DNA of 64,000 nt, taken from IMG/VR virus record IMGVR_UViG_3300025364_000003, positions 124,001 through 188,000 of that record. One strand, written 5' to 3'. The notes under the pieces are model-generated. The model made no database searches. It was not told the origin of the DNA and saw only the letters and a program-made list of their open reading frames with translations. Shown here piece after piece: positions 18,121-26,955 of the stretch (positions are counted from its first letter, which is position 1; each line of letters begins with the position of its first letter). A program made the position numbers and the translations under genes.

Positions 18121-18368
18121 TCTTCATCCGTGTATTTTGAAAGAGAAGTATCCAAACCTTTCATGAATCTATCAACATTACGTTGAAAGCCATCCATAAT
18201 TGCCTGATCAACGATGTCGAGAACACGAGCCATTGACTCTGGGTCAATATTTTGGCCAGTGCGACGCACGGTTAGTACCGTATGATCTCGGGTATGTTCC
18301 CTGATTGTACGGACGAGGTGAAATACTTCTTTTTCGATTGCTGTTTCGAGCTTTTTTCTGTCAGTCAT
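18093..18368 (-). CDS. hypothetical protein (0-frame product of the frameshift gene)
   Basis: ORF track; ends EENPLPSSGE*. Confidence 0.75.
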   Translation of the reverse strand: MTDRKKLETAIEKEVFHLVRTIREHTRDHTVLTVRRTGQNIDPESMARVLDIVDQAIMDGFQRNVDRFMKGLDTSLSKYTDEENPLPSSGE

Positions 18369-18370
18369 GC

Positions 18371-18934
18371 TTATCGCCTCTTTTGCTTACGTTCCTGACG
18401 CCTACGCTTTCGTGACTTCTTTTTTGTGTGCTTGTCAGCGATTGCGTGAGCAACATAAGACTCTGGCTTCAGCATGCACTCAAAACCCATTGATTGTACA
18501 TATCCCTTAAGCTGATCTGAGAATTTTGCAGTAAATTCTTCACGCTTGTGAGAGGGGCTTGCGTCAATGTGCACCTCCGGCGAAACAGAAATTGCTTCCT
18601 GCATTGCCAAGCCAATCATGCATGATCGAGTAACCTCGTCAAACATTCTCATCTTTTGCACACCAACAGGAAACTTTGCACGAGGCACAAATTCCTTAGT
18701 ATAAAAGTACAAACCACCCTTACCGACTCTGTGAACAGAGATTACGGAAATGAATTGGAATGCATGGCCAATCATCTGAGAGTCGGTACCAACGGCAACA
18801 ACATAATCGTATCCCTTGTGATTTGGATCACGCATGAAGGAGCCAATGTGCTTAAACACTTCTTCAGTGCTTCGCTTTTCCTTGGAACCAGGCTCGTTCC
18901 ATTGGACTGTCATTACTTGCTCTTGGTCATACAT
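18371..18934 (-). CDS. RNase H-like YkuK (DUF458) family protein
   Basis: VGTDSQ, HRVGKGG, R...E..RS, EVHID, G.....GF...KP.S..A...AD.H. Confidence 0.88.
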   Translation of the reverse strand: MYDQEQVMTVQWNEPGSKEKRSTEEVFKHIGSFMRDPNHKGYDYVVAVGTDSQMIGHAFQFISVISVHRVGKGGLYFYTKEFVPRAKFPVGVQKMRMFDEVTRSCMIGLAMQEAISVSPEVHIDASPSHKREEFTAKFSDQLKGYVQSMGFECMLKPESYVAHAIADKHTKKKSRKRRRQERKQKRR

Positions 18935-18945
18935 TTTAGAGTTAC

Positions 18946-19725
18946 CTATTCCTTTTCTAGGTCAGTGCGCAATGCGCCACAACGATTACAATTTTTTGAG
19001 CTTTTGCGGTTACGTGCTCCGCACTCTGCACAATCCCACCTTTGATCATCCAACTGCTTATATGTGTTGGGAGACTCCTTGGTTCTCACCAAAAAATTCT
19101 TTTTTACGTACTGACAATAATAACCCCTGCACATGTCAGGTCGCTTCTCATAAATTCCGCACATTCCATTGTCCGGATTTAAAAATTTACAACCAAATCT
19201 AGGACCCATCGCCTGAATCCTCATCATTGGATACGAGGTAGGTTTTTGAAAAATGGGGTGACCATTGAAAAATTTTTCCCCAATAAGCTTACCTTCCTCG
19301 TAATCTATAACTACGTCGCTACGCTTGTAGTTCCACCCCTTCTTCTTAGCATATCTCAGAAAAGATTTAACCCATTTCTCCTTAACGGGACCAAGAACAT
19401 GTTCTAAGTCGTCCGGATCAAGCCTGCAACATGCTGAAAATACTCCGGGAACTCCACAACAATTGGAAAGACAGGTTTCTGTTGCTACCTCATCTGTAAA
19501 TAACTTTCGTTCACTTTTTGGTTTTGATTGCCACATATCGGCATGATTTAGCGACAACACAGGAAGGTAGTATTTATTTTCTTTTCTTGCTTGTGATAAT
19601 TCTTCTTTTGTGTGTTTAATAGGCTTATCTTCATCTAATTCAGAAAATGGGTTAAGATCGATACGATCTTTGTCCATCGAAATAAGCTCATCCAAGCTCA
19701 AAGTTTTTCTATTTTGTTCTGACAC
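18946..19725 (-). CDS. YkgJ-family Cys-cluster (Fe-S/Zn) protein with C-terminal RanBP2-type zinc finger
   Basis: C...CC...ACC; C.FL....CGIYEKRP.MCR.Y.C; WDCAECGARNRKSSKNCNRC matches W-x-C-x2-C-x3-N-x6-C-x2-C. Confidence 0.8.
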   Translation of the reverse strand: MSEQNRKTLSLDELISMDKDRIDLNPFSELDEDKPIKHTKEELSQARKENKYYLPVLSLNHADMWQSKPKSERKLFTDEVATETCLSNCCGVPGVFSACCRLDPDDLEHVLGPVKEKWVKSFLRYAKKKGWNYKRSDVVIDYEEGKLIGEKFFNGHPIFQKPTSYPMMRIQAMGPRFGCKFLNPDNGMCGIYEKRPDMCRGYYCQYVKKNFLVRTKESPNTYKQLDDQRWDCAECGARNRKSSKNCNRCGALRTDLEKE

Positions 19726-19775
19726 GATTATCTATACTATTTAACTGTGAAATTGCAACTCAGGCCGGAGAAAAT

Positions 19776-21071
19776 ATGTCCTCGCTTAGACAAGAGTATA
19801 ACAAAAGTAAAACTCGCAAAGAAAAGATTGTCTCGGAAGCAGCTATTAATTGGCTGTCAGAAAATGTTATCATTATAAATGAAAAAATTGATAGAACTAC
19901 TGTTTCTAGATTGATTGACAGCATCCAAAAGTTTGAAGAAACTTTTGGCAAATTTGCCGCTCGACTTCCGACAATCAACCAATACCTTAGCGCAGCCGAA
20001 GCTGGTTTGCAACAGGTTATCACTGGAAAGGCTAATGATCGTAAAGCCTCAACAATGTTAAAGAAATTGACCATTCTTTATTTCACCTTCAGCGATTTCT
20101 TTTCAAGAGATTTGCCAATTCTTCTTAGGGCAAAGATTTTTGATGCTGCAAAGGAACAGCCGGATGTTCGACTTGATATGCTCAGAAATCGAAATGGCGC
20201 AACGTACGATCCACATCTTGTAAGAGATGCGCTTGCAAATGCTCTGAAACCAACAAAAGAAGAAAAAAAGCTTCTTGCAAAAATTTATCGTTCATCGCTT
20301 CTTCCAAAACTTAATGCCGAAGAAATTGCTGGACAAATGATGACTCTAACCTTTAACGAACTTCAAGAATTAACACAGGTCGGCAGAGTGCCAATGGCAG
20401 CTACTCCAGAAGAAATGACTGGTGGACAAGCTGGTTTGCCTGGGGAAGAAATCCCGCCAGCCGAAGTTCCCGTACCTGAAGGTGCCGTGGGAAAAGGAGA
20501 GGTGCTTACCGAGCAGGCCCTTAGAGAAGCTGCCGGATTGCTCAGTGAAGCAAAAATTGACGAATTGCGAGGAGCTGTTGCAAGTTTAAAACAACTTGTA
20601 GACTCAGCCGGACTCAGCAAATTATCGCCAAAGGTAGATAAGCTACAGTCAGATTTGCTTAGGGCAATGAATTCTGATGCATTCGTTAGTTATTGGGAAA
20701 CTGTTAAGCAAGCAGGTAGCGCAGGCGGCGCCAGGGGCCTGGCATCACAGCTTGGTGCTTTGTTTAAGCAAAGCCCTCAAGCCCAAGAAATTGCTAAATT
20801 AATTGGCAGAACGAACGCAACGGTAGAAATTTTTAAGTCTATCGCCCAAGCATGGCCTTCTATTGAGAAAGCAATTGCGAACAAAGAATCTTTAAATGCT
20901 GCGGATGTTGCCAACATCAGAAAGATACTCATTGGTGCAGCACCAAAGCAAAAGGCAGGATTGGTTGGCATGGTTGGCAATGCTCTCAATAGGCTCGTTG
21001 GCAAAGACGCAACTGAACCATATATTAGCGTCGAAGAAATTGTTGAAGCACTCGTTGGAGAATTGCAATGA
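19776..21071 (+). CDS. hypothetical helical late protein
   Basis: TATTTA motif 19738, GGAG RBS; several L/I-x-E sites. Confidence 0.7.
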   Translation: MSSLRQEYNKSKTRKEKIVSEAAINWLSENVIIINEKIDRTTVSRLIDSIQKFEETFGKFAARLPTINQYLSAAEAGLQQVITGKANDRKASTMLKKLTILYFTFSDFFSRDLPILLRAKIFDAAKEQPDVRLDMLRNRNGATYDPHLVRDALANALKPTKEEKKLLAKIYRSSLLPKLNAEEIAGQMMTLTFNELQELTQVGRVPMAATPEEMTGGQAGLPGEEIPPAEVPVPEGAVGKGEVLTEQALREAAGLLSEAKIDELRGAVASLKQLVDSAGLSKLSPKVDKLQSDLLRAMNSDAFVSYWETVKQAGSAGGARGLASQLGALFKQSPQAQEIAKLIGRTNATVEIFKSIAQAWPSIEKAIANKESLNAADVANIRKILIGAAPKQKAGLVGMVGNALNRLVGKDATEPYISVEEIVEALVGELQ

Positions 21072-21556
21072 CGAAAAATAAAAGACTCTCTGTGCAAGAA
21101 CAAGACCAAACTGGAGTTGACGCTGCGGTCGCCCGTGGACAAAATCAAGTTCCTGATGATAAGTTTGAAGAGTTCAAAACCACGATGTCGAGGTTGTACC
21201 AGGCGACACAACAAATTGGTGGAGGCACTGCCGGCTCGGCGCCGACAGCGGCGGCTGGACAGACACAACCACCAAGACAAACTGGCGCTCCGTCAGCAAC
21301 AGGTACGCCTGGTCAGACCCAAAGGGGTGGTTCACAACCTCAAGGTCGTCAAACACCTTTGGAACAACAAATACAACAAAGTATTAGCCAGCCTGCCAAC
21401 GTTCAAGGATTTGTCGAAATAAAAAGAGACGCATCTGATGCGGCATTGACCCATATAGCAAGGCAATTAGGCGTAGAAGAAGATCGGCTCAAGAAACTTG
21501 CAATTGATGCAGACGTTAGGTTGTTAATCAATCCTGATCTTCTTAGGGTCCAGTGA
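21068..21556 (+). CDS. hypothetical protein with Q/T/G/P linker
   Basis: ATGA coupling, GGAG RBS. Confidence 0.7.
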   Translation: MTKNKRLSVQEQDQTGVDAAVARGQNQVPDDKFEEFKTTMSRLYQATQQIGGGTAGSAPTAAAGQTQPPRQTGAPSATGTPGQTQRGGSQPQGRQTPLEQQIQQSISQPANVQGFVEIKRDASDAALTHIARQLGVEEDRLKKLAIDADVRLLINPDLLRVQ

Positions 21557-23024
21557 ATTTTACAAAGCCTGAACTTGTCATAAGGAGCATAATAGCTTTG
21601 CCGGCGAGCATTATACCACCGATGCTGCTAATTGCAGGAACTTTTTGAACCTTTTCTTGTTTGAGCCTCTCGCTAAAGTTTGCGAACACCTTTTTAAAGA
21701 AATGTTCAATTTCTTCATCGTTAATGGGTGCCGTTGTGAATTCCTCACAAAAATATTTTAATTCATTAACTAAATTTACTGTACCATAATGAAGCATTGT
21801 TTTGATCTGTCTCAAAGCAATATCAATTTTAACTCTTTGTTCATCATTTTTTGTAGATGATAAATTTGGCAAGTGAACCAAAACAGAATTTGATACCAGT
21901 GAACGGAGTCGTTTGTCAAACAACTCTTGCACTTCTTCGTGCAAAAAATAATTCTGCCTTTTTTGAAGGATAGATTGAGCTTGGGAAGCAACTGCTGCTC
22001 TCGTGCTTCCGTTTTCGATTGTGCATTCGTTCGAATCTAATCTCACTCGTTCTACCAAGGGCAGTTCATCATATTTTGTAAAAACAACAAGGTCACCTTT
22101 CATGGATGAAACAGGTAAAGAACCACAAACTACCGCAATATCATTGACAATGTTTAGCGAATCAATATCGGAAGGCACTCGCACAGGTTGCACGTCAAGT
22201 AATCCTCGCTCCTGGTTTGCTTTTAAAGTTGCGACGACCTCTTCAGAAAAACCATGAGCAATTATTACCATTGGTATTTTTGTTTCCAAACACTTTGTTA
22301 GTAGATGATCGATTTCTGAAACTTTCTCGACTAATCCATCTACAACTAAAAGCTTACAATTACGGCGTTCCCAGGTATTTTTTTCGAGCATAAATTTGAA
22401 TGGCTTCAATTGAAAAGTGTAGCCTTCTTTTAGTTCAATAAAAAAGTTATCTTGCCGACCATTTTCTACGAAAATGCGACCTTCAAGACCAGCAAGATTT
22501 AAAGCTTCCCAAATGGCTTGAGCCAGAACTTTGTCGGACCCGCAAATTTTATCAACAACATCACGAATGTTGTTAGGGCTAGGAATCGAGGAGTTTTTTT
22601 CAACCTGATTTTTAAATTGATCTACAACTTTATCGAATTGCTGTAGCAAAATTTGGGCATTGGTTTTTTCCATTGAAGTTTTGATCATTTCATTGACAAG
22701 CGTCACTCCGAACAAATAAGCTATATTCGCTCCACCGGCCGAAAGAAGTTCAGACTGGTAACATGACTTGAAAAGTGTAGAAGCCAATGCACGGGTTGTT
22801 CTGTCCGCTGGAGCGAGCTTTTTAAGAAGCTTTCCAATGAAATGGTAGCTGTCCTTTTCAAGAGGGTACAAGTCTTCATGGAGAATTAAATTTATTTTTG
22901 AGTATAACGAATCAATATTGTTGATTCCTGAAAATAACTCTCTGTGAACTTGTTCCTGTGGAATAAATGTGGTTGCTGTCTTCATATTTAATAAATGTAA
23001 ACTCTTTAGAGTAGAAGGTATCAA
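21543..23024 (-). CDS. degenerate GroEL/Cpn60-like chaperonin (start probably 22985)
   Basis: Apical-domain signature LLVVDG.VE.VSEI.HLL......PMVIIA.GFSEEVVATL..N...DIAVVCG; GDGTTT motif absent. Confidence 0.75.
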   Translation of the reverse strand: MIPSTLKSLHLLNMKTATTFIPQEQVHRELFSGINNIDSLYSKINLILHEDLYPLEKDSYHFIGKLLKKLAPADRTTRALASTLFKSCYQSELLSAGGANIAYLFGVTLVNEMIKTSMEKTNAQILLQQFDKVVDQFKNQVEKNSSIPSPNNIRDVVDKICGSDKVLAQAIWEALNLAGLEGRIFVENGRQDNFFIELKEGYTFQLKPFKFMLEKNTWERRNCKLLVVDGLVEKVSEIDHLLTKCLETKIPMVIIAHGFSEEVVATLKANQERGLLDVQPVRVPSDIDSLNIVNDIAVVCGSLPVSSMKGDLVVFTKYDELPLVERVRLDSNECTIENGSTRAAVASQAQSILQKRQNYFLHEEVQELFDKRLRSLVSNSVLVHLPNLSSTKNDEQRVKIDIALRQIKTMLHYGTVNLVNELKYFCEEFTTAPINDEEIEHFFKKVFANFSERLKQEKVQKVPAISSIGGIMLAGKAIMLLMTSSGFVKFTGP

Positions 23025-23030
23025 AAATAA

Positions 23031-23552
23031 ATGTCTGACTCAGAACGTGATGAAAAAATTGATAAACTTTTAGAGTTGCTTATAGAAGCTCCAGCGCTAA
23101 ATGGCGGATTCGCCAAATTATCTGATGCTGTTAAAAATATAAAAGATACCAACACTAAAGTTTTATATGAATTGCAATTGGTAAAAACAAACCAAAACGT
23201 TCACACGAAAAAAATTGAAGATATGCATGAATCACTTTATGATCCAGACAATGGTCTTTTTTCAAGAGTTACTGCCGCAATTAAAGACAATAAAGCACAG
23301 GAAGCTGGCATTGAATTTATTAAACAAAAAACAGAACACCTAGAAACGGCTCATACTGATTTTGCGAAAAAAATTGCCTTGCTTGAAGAAAAGCATGATG
23401 CAATAGAAAGAATTGCCGGAAAAGATTTACAAGAGCTTCATTCGACCATATCTATCAGAAAGAACATGTTGCGAGCGTTTTGGATATTTATAACAGGAAC
23501 GATTGCAGGACTGGCAAAATTTTTATGGGACATATTCCCAGTATTGTTTTGA
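23031..23552 (+). CDS. coiled-coil protein with C-terminal transmembrane helix
   Basis: AFWIFITGTIAGLAKFLW tail; TATTTA motif at 22985. Confidence 0.65.
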   Translation: MSDSERDEKIDKLLELLIEAPALNGGFAKLSDAVKNIKDTNTKVLYELQLVKTNQNVHTKKIEDMHESLYDPDNGLFSRVTAAIKDNKAQEAGIEFIKQKTEHLETAHTDFAKKIALLEEKHDAIERIAGKDLQELHSTISIRKNMLRAFWIFITGTIAGLAKFLWDIFPVLF

Positions 23553-23617
23553 TTTTTAGACACTTGTTTGATGAAAGAAAATAATTCAAGAATCAGGTGT
23601 TATAAAAGGAGATAAAG

Positions 23618-23830
23618 ATGAGTGATGTAAAAACAGCTGAAGAACTCAAGGAGCTTTGGGCAGACCTTTGTCATTGTGTGGAGTCCATGGAAAAGGACTT
23701 AGAAAAAAATCTAAACAAAGGAAATTCTGCTGCGGGCCGACGAGTACGAGCACAGCTTAGAGATCTTAAGAAGAAGTCCGCAGAGTTGATCAGGGAGCTT
23801 GTAAAGCTCGATAAATCATCAAAGGACTGA
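23618..23830 (+). CDS. Hc1/histone H1-like small protein
   Basis: D.EK...KGNSAAGRRVRA.L..LK motif typical of Hc1 family; AAGGAG RBS. Confidence 0.7.
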   Translation: MSDVKTAEELKELWADLCHCVESMEKDLEKNLNKGNSAAGRRVRAQLRDLKKKSAELIRELVKLDKSSKD

Positions 23831-23831
23831 T

Positions 23832-24269
23832 ATGGGTTTCAGAAAAGCAATTTATGATGTTGAGGAAAAGGGACTGGATCCTACCGTTCCTCATAACCAA
23901 ATTGGTGATGATGGAAGATTGTTGTCTGACGTTGAACCAAGCGAACCTGCTGCTGCGAGTTCTCCAAAAAAAGAATCGCCAAAGGAGAAGTCCACCCAGA
24001 AACCATCTAAGGGAGTAGCAGCAAAAAGTCGTAAAAGGAAAGAGGTGGAGACTCCCGACAGCAAGGTTTCTGTAGAAATCGAGTTCAAGGATGAACCTCT
24101 TCAGGCGGCAGAGGAATTATCGGACAACGAACCAAAAATTGAAACCAAAAAGAGGAATAAGAAAACTTCAGCAAAAACCAAATCCAGAACAAGAGCCAAA
24201 AAAAAGACCTCTTCGCCCACCAAGAAGAAGATAAGCAAAGAAAGGGCTGGAGGTAAGAAGGAATCCTAA
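23832..24269 (+). CDS. Lys/Ser-rich low-complexity protein
   Basis: ORF track; basic C-terminal tail. Confidence 0.65.
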   Translation: MGFRKAIYDVEEKGLDPTVPHNQIGDDGRLLSDVEPSEPAAASSPKKESPKEKSTQKPSKGVAAKSRKRKEVETPDSKVSVEIEFKDEPLQAAEELSDNEPKIETKKRNKKTSAKTKSRTRAKKKTSSPTKKKISKERAGGKKES

Positions 24270-24272
24270 TAG

Positions 24273-25610
24273 ATGGCCAAGAAAACATTCGTACTTGACA
24301 CAAACATTCTTTTAGCCGACCCAAACGCAATTTTTTCTTTTGAAGAAAACGAAGTTATTTTACCTTTTGTTGTTCTGGAGGAACTTGATAAGCATAAGTC
24401 CAACCAAGGAGAGATTGGCCTCAGCGCACGTGAAGTAAGTCGTCAATTGCATGACTTATTAAAGGTTGCCGATAGACAAACTATGAAACGTGGCATTTCG
24501 CTACCTAATGGTGGCAAGTTGAAAGTTGTTTCTTCCTCAGGACAATCCGATCTTTTTGACAAAGAGCTTGCAGCAGATAAAGCAGACAATCATATTCTAG
24601 CGGTTTGTCTTGGACTGAAAAACAAAAAAGTTATTTTAGTCACGAACGACATGCTTCTTAGGGTAAAGGCAGATGCCTATGGCATTGCCAATGAAAATTA
24701 TAGAAAAAATGTCATAGCCAAAAACATTGAAAGCATGTATTCAGGCATCAGAGAACTGAATGTCACGAAATCTGTATTGCATGAACTTTGGCAAAAATAT
24801 AGAGACAAGGACAGTTTAACGAATTTTATCAATGATAAAATTGATAACTTAAAACCAAATGAATTTGTTCATATAACAAACGGTGGATCAAATAAGCCAT
24901 TTTTAATTCGAAAGCAAAACGATTCAATCAGGTTCGTACCCGAAGGCTTTGAATTGTCGAAAGTGAAACCTCGCAATCTAGAACAGAGACTTGCTTTTGA
25001 TCTTCTTATGGACAATTCTGTCAACCTTGTTTCTATCGTAGGAAGCGCAGGAACAGGCAAGACATTAATTACTCTTGCGGCAGGACTCGAACAAGTTGTA
25101 GACAAAAAGAAATACAAATCATTGCTTGTGTGTCGGCCAGTTCAACCTCTTGGAAAAGACATTGGTTATCTTCCAGGAAGCAAAGAAGAAAAGATGGAGC
25201 CATGGATTGCCCCCATAAAAGACAATCTTCGTTTTCTTCTTACAAGTGATGGAAGAAAGTCTAGGAATAGCGAGAACAGTCTAAATTACTACTTCGATAT
25301 GGGAATCATCGAGGTTGAGGCAATGACCTACATTCGAGGTCGCTCTATTGCCAATGCATATATGATCATTGATGAAGCACAGAATTTGTCAGCTCATGAA
25401 TTGAAAACAATCATTACACGAGTGGGCGAAGGTACCAAGATTGTACTAACTGGCGACATTGAACAGATTGACAACATGTACGTTGATTCTGTTTCAAACG
25501 GACTTGCTGTTGCCGTTGAGAGGTTCAAGGAACATGACATAGCTGGTCATATTACCTTGAAGAAGGGCGAACGAAGCAAGTTGGCAACTTTAGGTTCAAA
25601 AATATTGTGA
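24273..25610 (+). CDS. phoH: PIN-PhoH (PhoH2-like) ATPase
   Basis: FVLDTNILL PIN domain; GSAGTGKT, IGYLPG, RGRS, IIDEAQN, TRVGEG.K...GD..QID motifs. Confidence 0.95.
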   Translation: MAKKTFVLDTNILLADPNAIFSFEENEVILPFVVLEELDKHKSNQGEIGLSAREVSRQLHDLLKVADRQTMKRGISLPNGGKLKVVSSSGQSDLFDKELAADKADNHILAVCLGLKNKKVILVTNDMLLRVKADAYGIANENYRKNVIAKNIESMYSGIRELNVTKSVLHELWQKYRDKDSLTNFINDKIDNLKPNEFVHITNGGSNKPFLIRKQNDSIRFVPEGFELSKVKPRNLEQRLAFDLLMDNSVNLVSIVGSAGTGKTLITLAAGLEQVVDKKKYKSLLVCRPVQPLGKDIGYLPGSKEEKMEPWIAPIKDNLRFLLTSDGRKSRNSENSLNYYFDMGIIEVEAMTYIRGRSIANAYMIIDEAQNLSAHELKTIITRVGEGTKIVLTGDIEQIDNMYVDSVSNGLAVAVERFKEHDIAGHITLKKGERSKLATLGSKIL

Positions 25611-25661
25611 ATCGTCAAAACGAGTCCTCTGATTTATACTAACTTTGATTGAAAGTTGTGT

Positions 25662-26141
25662 ATGAAAAGGAAATTTAATGGCAATTCTGACAAAGGTAGA
25701 ATTTATCGGATTGCCAATACTAAAAACGGTAAATTTATATTGGTTCTACAATTCTGCAAAAACTTTAAAAGCGTGCTTATCAACACGTTTTTTCTTTGAA
25801 AAACAACAAACACCAAAAAATGAAGCATGCATGGAAGGTAATGCTGCCGAAAAAAGAAAGCAACGTTCTCAAAAAATTTCCAAAGCATTGTCCGGAATCA
25901 AACGTTCACCACAAGAACATAAAAGAAAAATAAGTTATTCCTTGAAAGGAAATATAAAGGAGATAAAAGTCCACTTCTCAGGTGATGCGAAAACATTAGA
26001 CTTGTTTCTCCAAGAGGTGAACAATTCGACTACATTGTCAATCTAAATAAGTTCTGTATTCAGAATGACTTGAATTATAAATGTATGTGGAAATTCCTCA
26101 ACAGGAAGATGAAAAGTTATAAAGGTTGGCATCTTGAATAA
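25662..26141 (+). pseudogene. decayed GIY-YIG homing endonuclease (relative of 1086-1931)
   Basis: MKRKFNGNSDKGRIYRIANTKNGKF then frameshift to YIGST; NUMOD3-like EHKRKIS.SLKG; ends KFLNRKMKSYKGWHLE*. Confidence 0.8.
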
Positions 26142-26191
26142 ATGTTAGTGATGATAAGACTAAAAGAAGCCTTGAATGGTAATTACCGAGT

Positions 26192-26923
26192 GTGATAGAC
26201 GATAGCAACAAATACGGTCGAAATAGGAATCTATGGCGCAGGGTTTATAGTTTTAGGAGACGCAAACCTGTCAACACTCAATTGGTTGATGCTGAAACAG
26301 GTGTGACTTTCTCCTATGATCTTCAGCAAATCTTGCGGCATAGAGATTATTTTATTATTAAGACCACTGCCACTGCTTCAGCTGTTATTCCGCCCATACC
26401 ACCTCCGTTACTCCTGGGAGAATACGATGAGGGTTTGGTGTTCTTCAACAATACAGATTCGGCAGTTGCTTCGTTTGATACTTGTTTTTCTGACACCCCC
26501 GATGCGGTTGTTCTTTCGGTAGAGCCAAGCCCTAATAATGATGATTTTATAATTCCGTATGGTATTACTTTTAATTCATGTTCAATGAGTATTGGGTTGT
26601 CGGCGCCTTATAGTGGTGCGGTTAGATATCGAGCAGTTTATTCTTCAACAGGTTACCCCATCAATGTCACCAGTTCGCTTGTGCCAGCCTCGGGTACATT
26701 TCAAGTTTCAGCTGGACACATTACAGCTTCGCAGGCAACGGAATTTACGGCAAGTCATCCTTCGGGCGGAAGCTTGGACTTTTTTGCCAAAACAGCCTGG
26801 GACTTTTTTGGCAACTTTGACAATAACGTATTTATATCAGAAGACAATGCAACCAGCACATCAACTTCAGGATCAATATCAGCGCCACTTAGCAATCCAA
26901 TATATTTCATAGCATTCTTTTGA
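26192..26923 (+). CDS. putative virion protein
   Basis: TAATTA motif 6 nt before GTG; Ser/Thr-rich beta composition. Confidence 0.7.
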   Translation: MIDDSNKYGRNRNLWRRVYSFRRRKPVNTQLVDAETGVTFSYDLQQILRHRDYFIIKTTATASAVIPPIPPPLLLGEYDEGLVFFNNTDSAVASFDTCFSDTPDAVVLSVEPSPNNDDFIIPYGITFNSCSMSIGLSAPYSGAVRYRAVYSSTGYPINVTSSLVPASGTFQVSAGHITASQATEFTASHPSGGSLDFFAKTAWDFFGNFDNNVFISEDNATSTSTSGSISAPLSNPIYFIAFF

Positions 26924-26955
26924 AGAACTATTTACCCTAGTCAAGGAACGTAATA

